A stretch of 32,000 nt of DNA from Wolbachia endosymbiont of Cimex lectularius. GTDB lineage: Bacteria > Pseudomonadota > Alphaproteobacteria > Rickettsiales > Anaplasmataceae. Position 1 is the stretch's first letter. Every line of letters begins with the position of its first letter. Below are positions 11,160 through 19,312 of the stretch, piece by piece. The notes beneath the pieces are model-generated. The model was not told where the DNA came from, ran no database searches, and saw only the letters and a program-made list of their open reading frames with translations. Location of the stretch: positions 1,200,001-1,232,000 of the forward strand of contig NZ_AP013028.1 of assembly GCF_000829315.1 (NCBI RefSeq), read 5' to 3'. The position numbers and the translations under genes are program-made.

Positions 11160-13820
11160 ATGTCAGATTCTACGTTAGTTTTAACAGTTGTTCTTATATT
11201 CTTCATTTTTACATTGTCATTTCTTTTTATAAGAAAGACATTTGGGTCAACGAATAAGAAGATAATAAAGTCCTTCAGAAAAATTGCTCAACAGATTAAT
11301 GCGCTAGAGCCAGAAATGCAGAGCTTATCTGATGAGGAGCTTGCTGGCAAAACCGAGGAGTTCAAACGAGAGTTGAAAGATGGAAAAACGTTAAATGACC
11401 TTCTCGTACCTGCATTTGCGGTTGTACGCGAAGCATCGCGAAGATTTCTTGGTATGAGGCATTTCGACGTTCAGTTGATCGGTGGAATGGTGCTTCACAG
11501 TGGTATGATATCGGAGATGAAAACAGGAGAGGGAAAGACACTCGTTGCAACTTTAGCTGCATACCTAAATTCCTTAGAAGGCAAAGGTGTGCACGTTGTA
11601 ACTGTTAATGATTACCTTGCAAAACGAGACACAGAATGGATGAGCAAATTATATAATTCTCTCGGGGTCTCTGTTGCATTTATCACGAATAGTTTGACAG
11701 ATGAAGAAAGAAAAGAGGCTTATAGTGCAGATATCGTATATTCAACAAACAACGAGCTTGCCTTTGATTACTTGCGGGACAATATGAAATTTTCTCAAGG
11801 GGATATGGTGCAAAGAGGTTTCAATTATGCGATAGTAGACGAAGTAGACTCCATACTCATTGACGAAGCGCGTACTCCACTTATTATTTCCGGTCCAGTT
11901 GAGGAAAACAATCAGATATATAAGCACATAGACAAAATAGTAACCAAGTTGGTTGATTCTGATTATGAGGTAGATGAAAAGGGTAGGGCAGTATTCCTTA
12001 CTGGAGATGGCATTTCGCGAGTGGAGGAATTACTCAGATCATATAATCTCATTCCTGAAAATTCCTCGCTTTATGATACTGGCAACATGGTAATGACTCA
12101 CTATATAGATCAAGCACTGCGTGCACATAAACTGTTTACTGCTGATAAAGATTATATAGTAAAGGATGGCAAGGTAGTGATTATCGATGAGTTTACTGGG
12201 CGTATGATGGAGGGCAGGAGATATTCCGATGGTCTTCACCAGGCACTTGAAGCAAAGGAGAATCTTGAAATTCAGCATGAAAACCAAACTTTGGCGTCGG
12301 TCACATTTCAGAATTACTTTCGTATGTACAACAAACTTTCTGGTATGACGGGAACAGCAGCAACAGAGGCAGAGGAGTTTCGCGATATATATAAGCTGAA
12401 TGTAGTGAAAATTCCAACTAACGTGTCTGTAAAGAGAATAGATGTTGATGATGAAATTTATGGCACAGAAAAAGAAAAATTTAATGCTGTGTTGAAGTTT
12501 ATAGAAGAATGCCACAAGCGCCTTCAACCGGTCCTTGTTGGCACGGTTAGTATTGAAAACTCTGAAAAACTTTCTGCGCTTTTGCGGAGCCATTCTCTCA
12601 AGCACTCAGTGCTAAACGCTCGTTATCACGAACAAGAGGCGTATATAATAGCGCAAGCTGGAGTGCCAGGCGGCATTACTATAGCAACTAACATGGCAGG
12701 ACGTGGAACTGATATTCAGCTTGGTGGCAATGCTGAAATGATAGCAAAAGTGGAGCTAAATAAGATAAAAAATGCTAATGAAAGAGAAAAAAAATACCAA
12801 GAAATAGTCGAGAGAGTAAAAAAAGATAAGGAAATTGCTATAAAAGCTGGCGGTTTATGTGTGGTTGGAACCGAAAGACATGAAAGCAGGAGAATAGATG
12901 ATCAATTGCGTGGCCGCTCTGGGCGCCAGGGTGATCCTGGACTTTCTAAGTTCTTTTTGTCGCTTGAAGATGATTTAATGAGAATATTTGGCTCCGATAG
13001 AATGAGAAGTTTTTTGCAAAGGGTGGGGCTAAAGAACAACGAAGCTATTCATCATCCATGGATCAATAAGGCACTTGAGAAGGCACAGAAGAAAGTTGAA
13101 GCTCGAAACTATGACGTGCGGAAATCTCTGCTTAAGTTTGATGACGTAATCAACAACCAACGCAGAGTTATTTTTAAGCAGAGAAATCATATTTTAGGCA
13201 ATGAAATCAATGATTTGTTTGAAGTGTATAGTGAAGTAAATGAGAGTGTAATAGAAAGCATAGTGCAAAATGGTTATTACGAAGATTACATCGAAGATAT
13301 TGCCAAAGAATTCCATATAAGATATGGAATAACACTTGATAAAGAAGACTTAGCGAAGTTTTTAAACAAACAAGAAGCTTTGGATTACATAAACAATAAA
13401 GTGCAAGAATTCTTCGCCGAAAAGGAAAAATATTTCAATAGTCAGCAAACCACAGATTTGTGGAATACGGTAGTGAGGCAAGTGATGATTATGACGCTTG
13501 ATCATTTATGGAGGGAACACCTCTCAATTCTGGAGAGCCTAAGACAAAGCATAAATTTGCGTGCTATGGGGCAGAAGGACCCACTGAATGAATTTAAACG
13601 CGAAGCTTTTTTGATGTTTGAGTCGATGCTTGAAAAGTGGAAAGAGCTTACAGTTCATCGCCTAGCACACTTTAAGCTAGCAGATAACCAAGAAATAGGT
13701 AATAGGTTGCACCCTACTAAAAAGGATAGTTTCCCCAAAGTCTCAAGAAATGACAAATGCCCTTGTAACTCTGGAAAGAAATACAAACACTGCCACGGTG
13801 CGGTTACTGTGGTGAATTAG
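11160..13820 (+). CDS. secA: preprotein translocase ATPase SecA
   Basis: MKTGEGKT Walker [20 protein letters not shown], and C-terminal zinc finger [14 protein letters not shown]. The canonical N-terminus (x9-FGS) would start at TTG 11214. The ATG at 11160 adds 18 hydrophobic residues. Confidence 0.95.
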   Translation: MSDSTLVLTVVLIFFIFTLSFLFIRKTFGSTNKKIIKSFRKIAQQINALEPEMQSLSDEELAGKTEEFKRELKDGKTLNDLLVPAFAVVREASRRFLGMRHFDVQLIGGMVLHSGMISEMKTGEGKTLVATLAAYLNSLEGKGVHVVTVNDYLAKRDTEWMSKLYNSLGVSVAFITNSLTDEERKEAYSADIVYSTNNELAFDYLRDNMKFSQGDMVQRGFNYAIVDEVDSILIDEARTPLIISGPVEENNQIYKHIDKIVTKLVDSDYEVDEKGRAVFLTGDGISRVEELLRSYNLIPENSSLYDTGNMVMTHYIDQALRAHKLFTADKDYIVKDGKVVIIDEFTGRMMEGRRYSDGLHQALEAKENLEIQHENQTLASVTFQNYFRMYNKLSGMTGTAATEAEEFRDIYKLNVVKIPTNVSVKRIDVDDEIYGTEKEKFNAVLKFIEECHKRLQPVLVGTVSIENSEKLSALLRSHSLKHSVLNARYHEQEAYIIAQAGVPGGITIATNMAGRGTDIQLGGNAEMIAKVELNKIKNANEREKKYQEIVERVKKDKEIAIKAGGLCVVGTERHESRRIDDQLRGRSGRQGDPGLSKFFLSLEDDLMRIFGSDRMRSFLQRVGLKNNEAIHHPWINKALEKAQKKVEARNYDVRKSLLKFDDVINNQRRVIFKQRNHILGNEINDLFEVYSEVNESVIESIVQNGYYEDYIEDIAKEFHIRYGITLDKEDLAKFLNKQEALDYINNKVQEFFAEKEKYFNSQQTTDLWNTVVRQVMIMTLDHLWREHLSILESLRQSINLRAMGQKDPLNEFKREAFLMFESMLEKWKELTVHRLAHFKLADNQEIGNRLHPTKKDSFPKVSRNDKCPCNSGKKYKHCHGAVTVVN

Positions 13821-14391
13821 TAGCTGAGGTCCGTGTGTGCTCATCTACATTGACCTCACTTAACTCGCTATCCGGTAAACGTTCTGGTTTTATTTGTTGA
13901 GGAGGCCTAGATTCTTCTTCTGGTGGTTTTGTTTGTTTATTAGATATATACTTTTTCACTACTCCGGCAAGCTTAATTGCAATACCTATTCCAATTGCAG
14001 CTACAATTGGAAATAATAGTGCTATAACTCCTATAGATAACAAAGAATTTGCTGTAGTTGATAAAGACAATAAAGAATCTACCTTGGTTATTGGAGTAAC
14101 GCCATATGCAACAAGACCAATTCCAGTTATAACGCTCCCAGTAAATAAGTCACCTAGATACATAATTGCTTTTAGTGAATCACTCATATTACGATTATGT
14201 GGACCTGCAGATGGAGGAGTTGTGATGAGAGCTGCAATTAATGGTACTACAGAGATGCCGCCAACGATTCCACCTATTATCAGAGGTGAAAGACTGGTCA
14301 AAGTACTGAGTACAAGACCTATTAAAATGCTCACTATAGCCCCTATTATTGCCGCTATCCCCACCATCATTAAATAATTTAAACCAAACAC
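13804..14391 (-). CDS. multi-pass membrane protein, Gly/Ile-rich, with Pro/Glu-rich C-terminal tail (orphan)
   Basis: 195-aa ORF with several predicted TM helices. GTG start preceded by GGAG (14396-14399 on the complement). Its 3' end overlaps the secA 3' end by 17 nt. Paralogous to the C-terminal part of the ankyrin gene. Confidence 0.55.
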   Translation of the reverse strand: MFGLNYLMMVGIAAIIGAIVSILIGLVLSTLTSLSPLIIGGIVGGISVVPLIAALITTPPSAGPHNRNMSDSLKAIMYLGDLFTGSVITGIGLVAYGVTPITKVDSLLSLSTTANSLLSIGVIALLFPIVAAIGIGIAIKLAGVVKKYISNKQTKPPEEESRPPQQIKPERLPDSELSEVNVDEHTRTSATNSPQ

Positions 14392-14644
14392 TTTGCTCCT
14401 TTTTATACTTACAATTTTTTTTAGGTTTATCTTGTATTCTAAAATTTATATAAGTATTTTATATGCTATAAATAGCATGTCAATTAATTTATTTTACAGG
14501 ACTGGCTGTTCTCAGCTTAGACTTTGTTTCACGCTAGATATCAGGCCCTAAAAAGCCTATTGTGGAGTTATACCTATCTAGAAACTATTACTCCAAGAAA
14601 AAATAAAGCCTATAGTGCGGTTACTGTGGTAAGAGCGTTATGGA

Positions 14645-14949
14645 TTAACAGTTGTCTTGTTTACCCGCAGTATCATAGCTAACCCCACTTAACGTGCTAT
14701 TTAACGAGTGCTCTGATGACTTGTACGCGACCCCATAGGAAATTCCACCAACTATCAGTGCAGATGCTACAGTAATTCCAATTATTGCTAGCGCAGGTAA
14801 TGTAGTGGCATAAACGAGTGCTAATGGAGCTACAATGGCAGCTAATATACCCATAGTAATTCCTGCTGTTATAGCTTTAGGCCTGTAAATAAATGATGGA
14901 TCTGCACCATAATTTAGTAGAAGTTTTGCTACTTTTGGATTTTTGTAAT
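14645..14949 (-). pseudogene. C-terminal part of the ankyrin gene (last ANK repeat plus two TM helices) in a different frame from the upstream ORF
   Basis: The frame is open upstream of the track ORF: LHHGEHPRLNYKNPKVAKLLLNYGADPSFIYRPKAITAGIT-MGILAAIVAPLALVYATTLPALAIIGITVASALIVGGISYGVAYK. Confidence 0.6.
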
Positions 14950-15789
14950 TTAGCCTTGGGTGTTCACCATGGTGTAATAAACAGCATAATATAAAGGAGT
15001 CCTTCCGTCTTTATCTTGTACATTAACGTCCGCACCTTTTTTTAATAGAGCCTCTGCTATTTGTGTATACTCATTCTCAGCAGCATAATGCAAAGAGGTT
15101 TTTCCTTCTTTATCTTGTAAATTAACCTTTGCTTTTTCTTGTAACAGGATTGCTACTACTTGTATATGTTCTCCTTTCCTACCAGTAGCACGATGTAAAG
15201 GAGTTTTTCCATTTTTATCTTGTAAATCAACATCAGCATTCCCTTCTTTTAATAGGGTTTCTACTGTTTGCACATGTCCACGCTCAGCAGCATAATGCAA
15301 AGGAGTCTGTCCATATTGATTTGGTACGTTAGTAGCTCCTTTTTTTAACAGAAGTTTCACCATTTCTATTTTATTTCCAAGCTCAACAGCATAATCTAAA
15401 GGGGTAAGTTTATATTGATCATGCATGTTAACGTCTGCTTTTGCTGCAAGTAAGATTTCCGCTACTTGTACATGCCCGCGCTCGGCAGCACAATGCAAAG
15501 GAAAGCCATCATTCACATCAATGCCACTTTCTATCAGAGCCTTTGCTAACTTTGCACAATTAAGTTTAGCTGCTAATTGTAGTAAACTACCATATGGAAA
15601 TTTCTTTAAATCAAAATTGTCTTCTTTCCACTGTTTAAAACATTCTTCTAAATCTTTCTTGGTTTGCTCATCTAAATTTTCTTCTTTGAGCTTAGTATCT
15701 ATTTCAGTTCTTATTTTATTAGCTACATTTTCCTTATTTAGATCTGAGCTATAACTGACTGCTAATAGTATTCTATCTAATTCCTGCAT
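14950..15789 (-). CDS. ankyrin-repeat protein (N-terminal helical region plus at least 6 ANK repeats), terminated by a frameshift
   Basis: Repeated TPLHYAAERGH-VQ-VE-LL--GADVN pattern. ATG 15789 is preceded by GGAGG (complement of 15795-15799) at 5-nt spacing. The track start at 15801 is a TTG. Confidence 0.85.
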   Translation of the reverse strand: MQELDRILLAVSYSSDLNKENVANKIRTEIDTKLKEENLDEQTKKDLEECFKQWKEDNFDLKKFPYGSLLQLAAKLNCAKLAKALIESGIDVNDGFPLHCAAERGHVQVAEILLAAKADVNMHDQYKLTPLDYAVELGNKIEMVKLLLKKGATNVPNQYGQTPLHYAAERGHVQTVETLLKEGNADVDLQDKNGKTPLHRATGRKGEHIQVVAILLQEKAKVNLQDKEGKTSLHYAAENEYTQIAEALLKKGADVNVQDKDGRTPLYYAVYYTMVNTQG

Positions 15790-15814
15790 TTTTTCCTCCA
15801 AGCTATAAAACTTT

Positions 15815-15843
15815 ATTATGGCATATTATAAACCCAATGTCAA
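15815..15843 (-). promoter_or_regulatory. candidate sigma-70 promoter of the ankyrin gene
   Basis: On the minus strand: TTGACA (15843-15838), 17-nt spacer, CATAAT (15820-15815), then GGAGG and ATG. Confidence 0.45.
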
Positions 15844-15877
15844 GTTTCGGATAATGCAGGTAACGCAAAGAGACTAA

Positions 15878-16873
15878 TTAGCGCTCTTTGTCATCAGTAT
15901 CATTTTCAGCGAAAGCTTCTTCCCATGTGCCTTGAGTTGCTGCGCGGCTATATTCTGTTACTCTATTTTCAAAGAAATTCGTGTGCTCCACACCATTTAG
16001 TATTTCGTCAAGCCACGGAAGGGGATTATCATTAATATCATATATGGGTTTCAGGCCTAATTGCGTTAACCGTCTGTTTGCTATGTAACGTATATAATTG
16101 CGCACTTCTTCTGCAGATAGTCCTTCAACGTCTCCTAAATCAAAAGCAAGCTTTATAAATTCGTCTTCAAGCCCAACGATAGTGCGACATGCAGAATATA
16201 ATTCCTCTTTGAACTCGTCATTCCAAATTTCATTATTCTCTTTAATAAACGTGTTGAATAAATTGATAATCGAGTTGGTGTGCAAGGTTTCATCACGTGC
16301 TGACCAAGCAATTATTTGCCCCATGCCTTTCATTTTTCCAAAACGTTGAAAATTGAGCAAAATTGCAAATGATGCAAATAACTGCAGTCCTTCAGTGAAT
16401 GCACCAAATACTGCTAGAGTTTTAGCTACATGTTTTTTATCGTGTTTTTTACTTTCCTCGAATTCTAACATGTATTCATACTTTTTCCTCATAGCATCAT
16501 ATTTTAGAAATGCTTGATACTCACTTTCTGGCATGCCAATTGTATCTAGAAGGTATGAGTAGGCTGCAATGTGTATGGTTTCCATGTTAGAAAAGCTGGC
16601 AAGCATCATGCATATTTCTGTTGGCTTAAATATATTTGAATAATGCCTCATATAGCAGTTATTTACTTCAATGTCTGCTTGAGTGAAGAACCTAAAAATC
16701 TGAGTTAGTAGATTTTTCTCCACATTCGAAAGTTTAGTTTTCCAATCTTTTACATCGTCAGCAAGCGGAACTTCTTCCGGTATCCAATGTATCCTTTGTT
16801 GCTGTAGCCATGCATCATATGCCCAAGGGTAGTTGAAGGGTTTATATATTGGATCTGCTTTTAATAATGACAT
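15878..16873 (-). CDS. nrdB: ribonucleoside-diphosphate reductase, beta (R2) subunit
   Basis: 331-aa ORF. Class I R2 di-iron ExxH pairs (METIHIAAY, RDETLHT). Typical N-terminus: KPFNYPWAYDAWLQQQRIHWIPEEV. Confidence 0.93.
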   Translation of the reverse strand: MSLLKADPIYKPFNYPWAYDAWLQQQRIHWIPEEVPLADDVKDWKTKLSNVEKNLLTQIFRFFTQADIEVNNCYMRHYSNIFKPTEICMMLASFSNMETIHIAAYSYLLDTIGMPESEYQAFLKYDAMRKKYEYMLEFEESKKHDKKHVAKTLAVFGAFTEGLQLFASFAILLNFQRFGKMKGMGQIIAWSARDETLHTNSIINLFNTFIKENNEIWNDEFKEELYSACRTIVGLEDEFIKLAFDLGDVEGLSAEEVRNYIRYIANRRLTQLGLKPIYDINDNPLPWLDEILNGVEHTNFFENRVTEYSRAATQGTWEEAFAENDTDDKER

Positions 16874-17006
16874 AGAGCACCTAATTGTTTTCTGAAGTAA
16901 ATATTATATTAAGCGATATCAAAAATCAGTCAATTTAACTTTTGCAAAATTTGACTGCAGGTAGTTTATTAGTGTATTGTAATTTTACAACGATTTATCA
17001 ATAAAA

Positions 17007-17345
17007 ATGCGAGCATTAATGTTTCTTGTTTTACTACTTCTAGTAAGCTGTACACACACTATTCACAATCACGGAGCTCCAGGCATTAGCGTTGAATTGT
17101 GGGACAAGATAAAAGTAGGTGATAACAAAGAAAAAGTGGTTCACACTTTAGGGTCGCCAACATTAGTATCTAAATTTGATAAAAATGTTTGGTATTATAT
17201 CTCATATAAAATTAAACAATCTAATTTCTTAGGAAAAAGGAAGTATAGCAGCAAGTCTTTGCAAATCTCGTTCGATCAGGATGATAGAGTTACAGATATA
17301 AAAGAAATTAACGTTGCGGAGAGATCTTTAGCTGTTATTGATTGA
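17007..17345 (+). CDS. bamE: outer membrane protein assembly factor BamE (SmpA/OmlA lipoprotein)
   Basis: Signal peptide with lipobox LLVS-C. SmpA/OmlA-like body: WDKIKVGDNKEKVVHTLGSPT...VWYY. 112 aa. Confidence 0.75.
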   Translation: MRALMFLVLLLLVSCTHTIHNHGAPGISVELWDKIKVGDNKEKVVHTLGSPTLVSKFDKNVWYYISYKIKQSNFLGKRKYSSKSLQISFDQDDRVTDIKEINVAERSLAVID

Positions 17346-17369
17346 AAATCCGCTGAACAGATACAATCC

Positions 17370-17642
17370 AGGATACTACTTTAGTAATAAATATTTAAGA
17401 AATTTACCAAGCGAGAAAAAAAGCAAAAGAAGCCCCATGGCGGCTAATTATTTACTTTTGTGTCGAAATATCGGCGTTTTTTTTATTCTAAACGCTTGAT
17501 GAATGCGACTTAGCTGCTTTTTAATGTAACTAACCTTAGCTGCAAACGTTTAAAAAATTTACTAAACAGAAAAAACAGCAAAAGAAACCCCGGTAGCTAG
17601 TTATTTACTATCTATCCTATAATATTGGCGTTTTTTTATGTT
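17370..17642. repeat. two tandem A-type intergenic repeat units (the first followed by a truncated B start)
   Basis: 17400-17516 and 17555-17642 align by eye: aatttac(c/t)aa.c.agaaaaaa.agcaaaagaa.cccc...ttatttact...ggcgttttttt. 17370-17490 also matches 30960-31065. Confidence 0.7.
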
Positions 17643-17849
17643 TTAAACGACTTATAAGCGCATTTGAGCTTGTATAGGTAAAAAACCAGAAGTTTTAAAA
17701 AGACGTGAGGTGCACATAGTGCAAAAAATTAAACATGGTACGCCAGATATACTAAGTTTTTTTGTCGTTTAATCTGCACAGACTGAAGATAAATAATAGC
17801 TTCAACCTTATGATAATGGGTTTGGAGGAACTTGTCAAGTAGTTTTTTT
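17643..17849 (-). repeat. B-type intergenic repeat, copy 2 (full length)
   Basis: Its reverse complement aligns along its length with 6792-6998. Confidence 0.75.
17810..17838 (-). promoter_or_regulatory. near-consensus sigma-70 promoter inside B-type repeat copy 2
   Basis: On the minus strand: TTGACA (17838-17833), 17-nt spacer, TATCAT (17815-17810). It points away from miaB. Confidence 0.45.
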
Positions 17850-17935
17850 GTTTCTGTCAGCTACCTAGATAACGGCTAGGATTGTATAATAGTTGTACTG
17901 GAATCCAGTTTTTCGTATAATTTTATTAAAAAAGT

Positions 17936-19270
17936 ATGAAAGGCTTATATATCAAGACTTACGGCTGTCAGATGAACGTTTATGACTCCGTTTTAATGGA
18001 AAATATAGTTAAACCGCTGGGGTTTAATGTTGTTGGCGACGCGGAAAAAGCCGATTTGGTGATATTGAATACCTGCCACATTAGAGAAAAAGCAGCAGAA
18101 AAGCTTTATTCAGAGCTTGGGAAGATCCATTCGTCACGAAAAAATAAGGAAATTACTATAGTGGTAGCCGGATGTGTAGCACAAGCAGAAGGCGAGGAAG
18201 TGTTCAGAAGAGCTCCATTTGTGGACATCGTTGTTGGTCCACAGAGTATCGCTACTCTGCCGGAGCTGATAGTTAAAGCAAACAGAAGTAAAGGTCATGT
18301 GATAAATACCGATTTTCCTGAGGTTGCAAAGTTTGATAAATTACCAGATGAGTGTTACGGCAATAGCCAAGGGTCTTCTGCGTTTCTCTCCATACAAGAG
18401 GGTTGTGATAAGTTTTGTACATTTTGTGTAGTGCCCTACACCCGCGGGGCTGAATATTCACGGCCAGTAAATGAAATATTCCGTGAAGCGCTGAAATTAG
18501 TTGCAAATGGAGCAAAGGAAATCAATTTGCTTGGTCAAAACGTCAATGCTTACCACGGGGAATGCGAAGGAAAAATATGGGATTTAGGAAAATTAATTGG
18601 TCATATCGCTAAAATTGAAAAGCTAGAAAGAATCCGCTATACGACCTCTCATCCGCGAGATATGCATGGATCTCTCTACTTGGCGCATGCGGAAGAGCCG
18701 AAACTCATGCCATTTATTCACCTACCTGTGCAGTCAGGTTCGAATGAAATATTACGCGTGATGAACAGAAAACACACTGCGGAGGAGTATTTGGAGATAG
18801 TAGATAGATTGCGCAAATTGAAACCTGAAATCGAATTTTCTGCTGATTTTATCGTTGGTTTTCCTGGCGAAACCGAAAAAGACTTTGAGGAAACTATGAA
18901 GCTAGTGGAAAAAGTAAAGTACGCTCAGGCTTATAGTTTTAAATATAGCCCAAGGCCGGGGACGCCAGGGGCAGAAAGGAAGGATCAAGTACCAGAAGAA
19001 GTTAAAACAGAGCGCCTTCTTCGTTTACAGAAGCTAATTAGTGCACAACAACTCGAATTTAATCAGAGTGTGGTAGGCAAGATTATTCCTGTTCTGTTTG
19101 GCGATAAAAAAGGCAAACATCAAAACCAAATTATTGGTAAAAGCCTATATATGCAATCAGTTTGCATTGATGATCCTGAGGATAAATATAGAGACAAGAT
19201 AGTAAATGTGAAGATATTGGAAGCTCGGCAGAATAGTTTGCTAGGGACAGGAATGCTTTTGAATTTGTGA
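17936..19270 (+). CDS. miaB: tRNA-2-methylthio-N6-dimethylallyladenosine synthase (radical SAM methylthiotransferase)
   Basis: N-terminal MTTase domain (YGCQMN), radical SAM cluster motif CDKFCTFC, C-terminal TRAM-like region. 444 aa. Confidence 0.92.
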   Translation: MKGLYIKTYGCQMNVYDSVLMENIVKPLGFNVVGDAEKADLVILNTCHIREKAAEKLYSELGKIHSSRKNKEITIVVAGCVAQAEGEEVFRRAPFVDIVVGPQSIATLPELIVKANRSKGHVINTDFPEVAKFDKLPDECYGNSQGSSAFLSIQEGCDKFCTFCVVPYTRGAEYSRPVNEIFREALKLVANGAKEINLLGQNVNAYHGECEGKIWDLGKLIGHIAKIEKLERIRYTTSHPRDMHGSLYLAHAEEPKLMPFIHLPVQSGSNEILRVMNRKHTAEEYLEIVDRLRKLKPEIEFSADFIVGFPGETEKDFEETMKLVEKVKYAQAYSFKYSPRPGTPGAERKDQVPEEVKTERLLRLQKLISAQQLEFNQSVVGKIIPVLFGDKKGKHQNQIIGKSLYMQSVCIDDPEDKYRDKIVNVKILEARQNSLLGTGMLLNL

Positions 19271-19312
19271 TTTTCTAGAAAGTCATATATTCTCTAAATT
19301 TATCAAGTTAGA

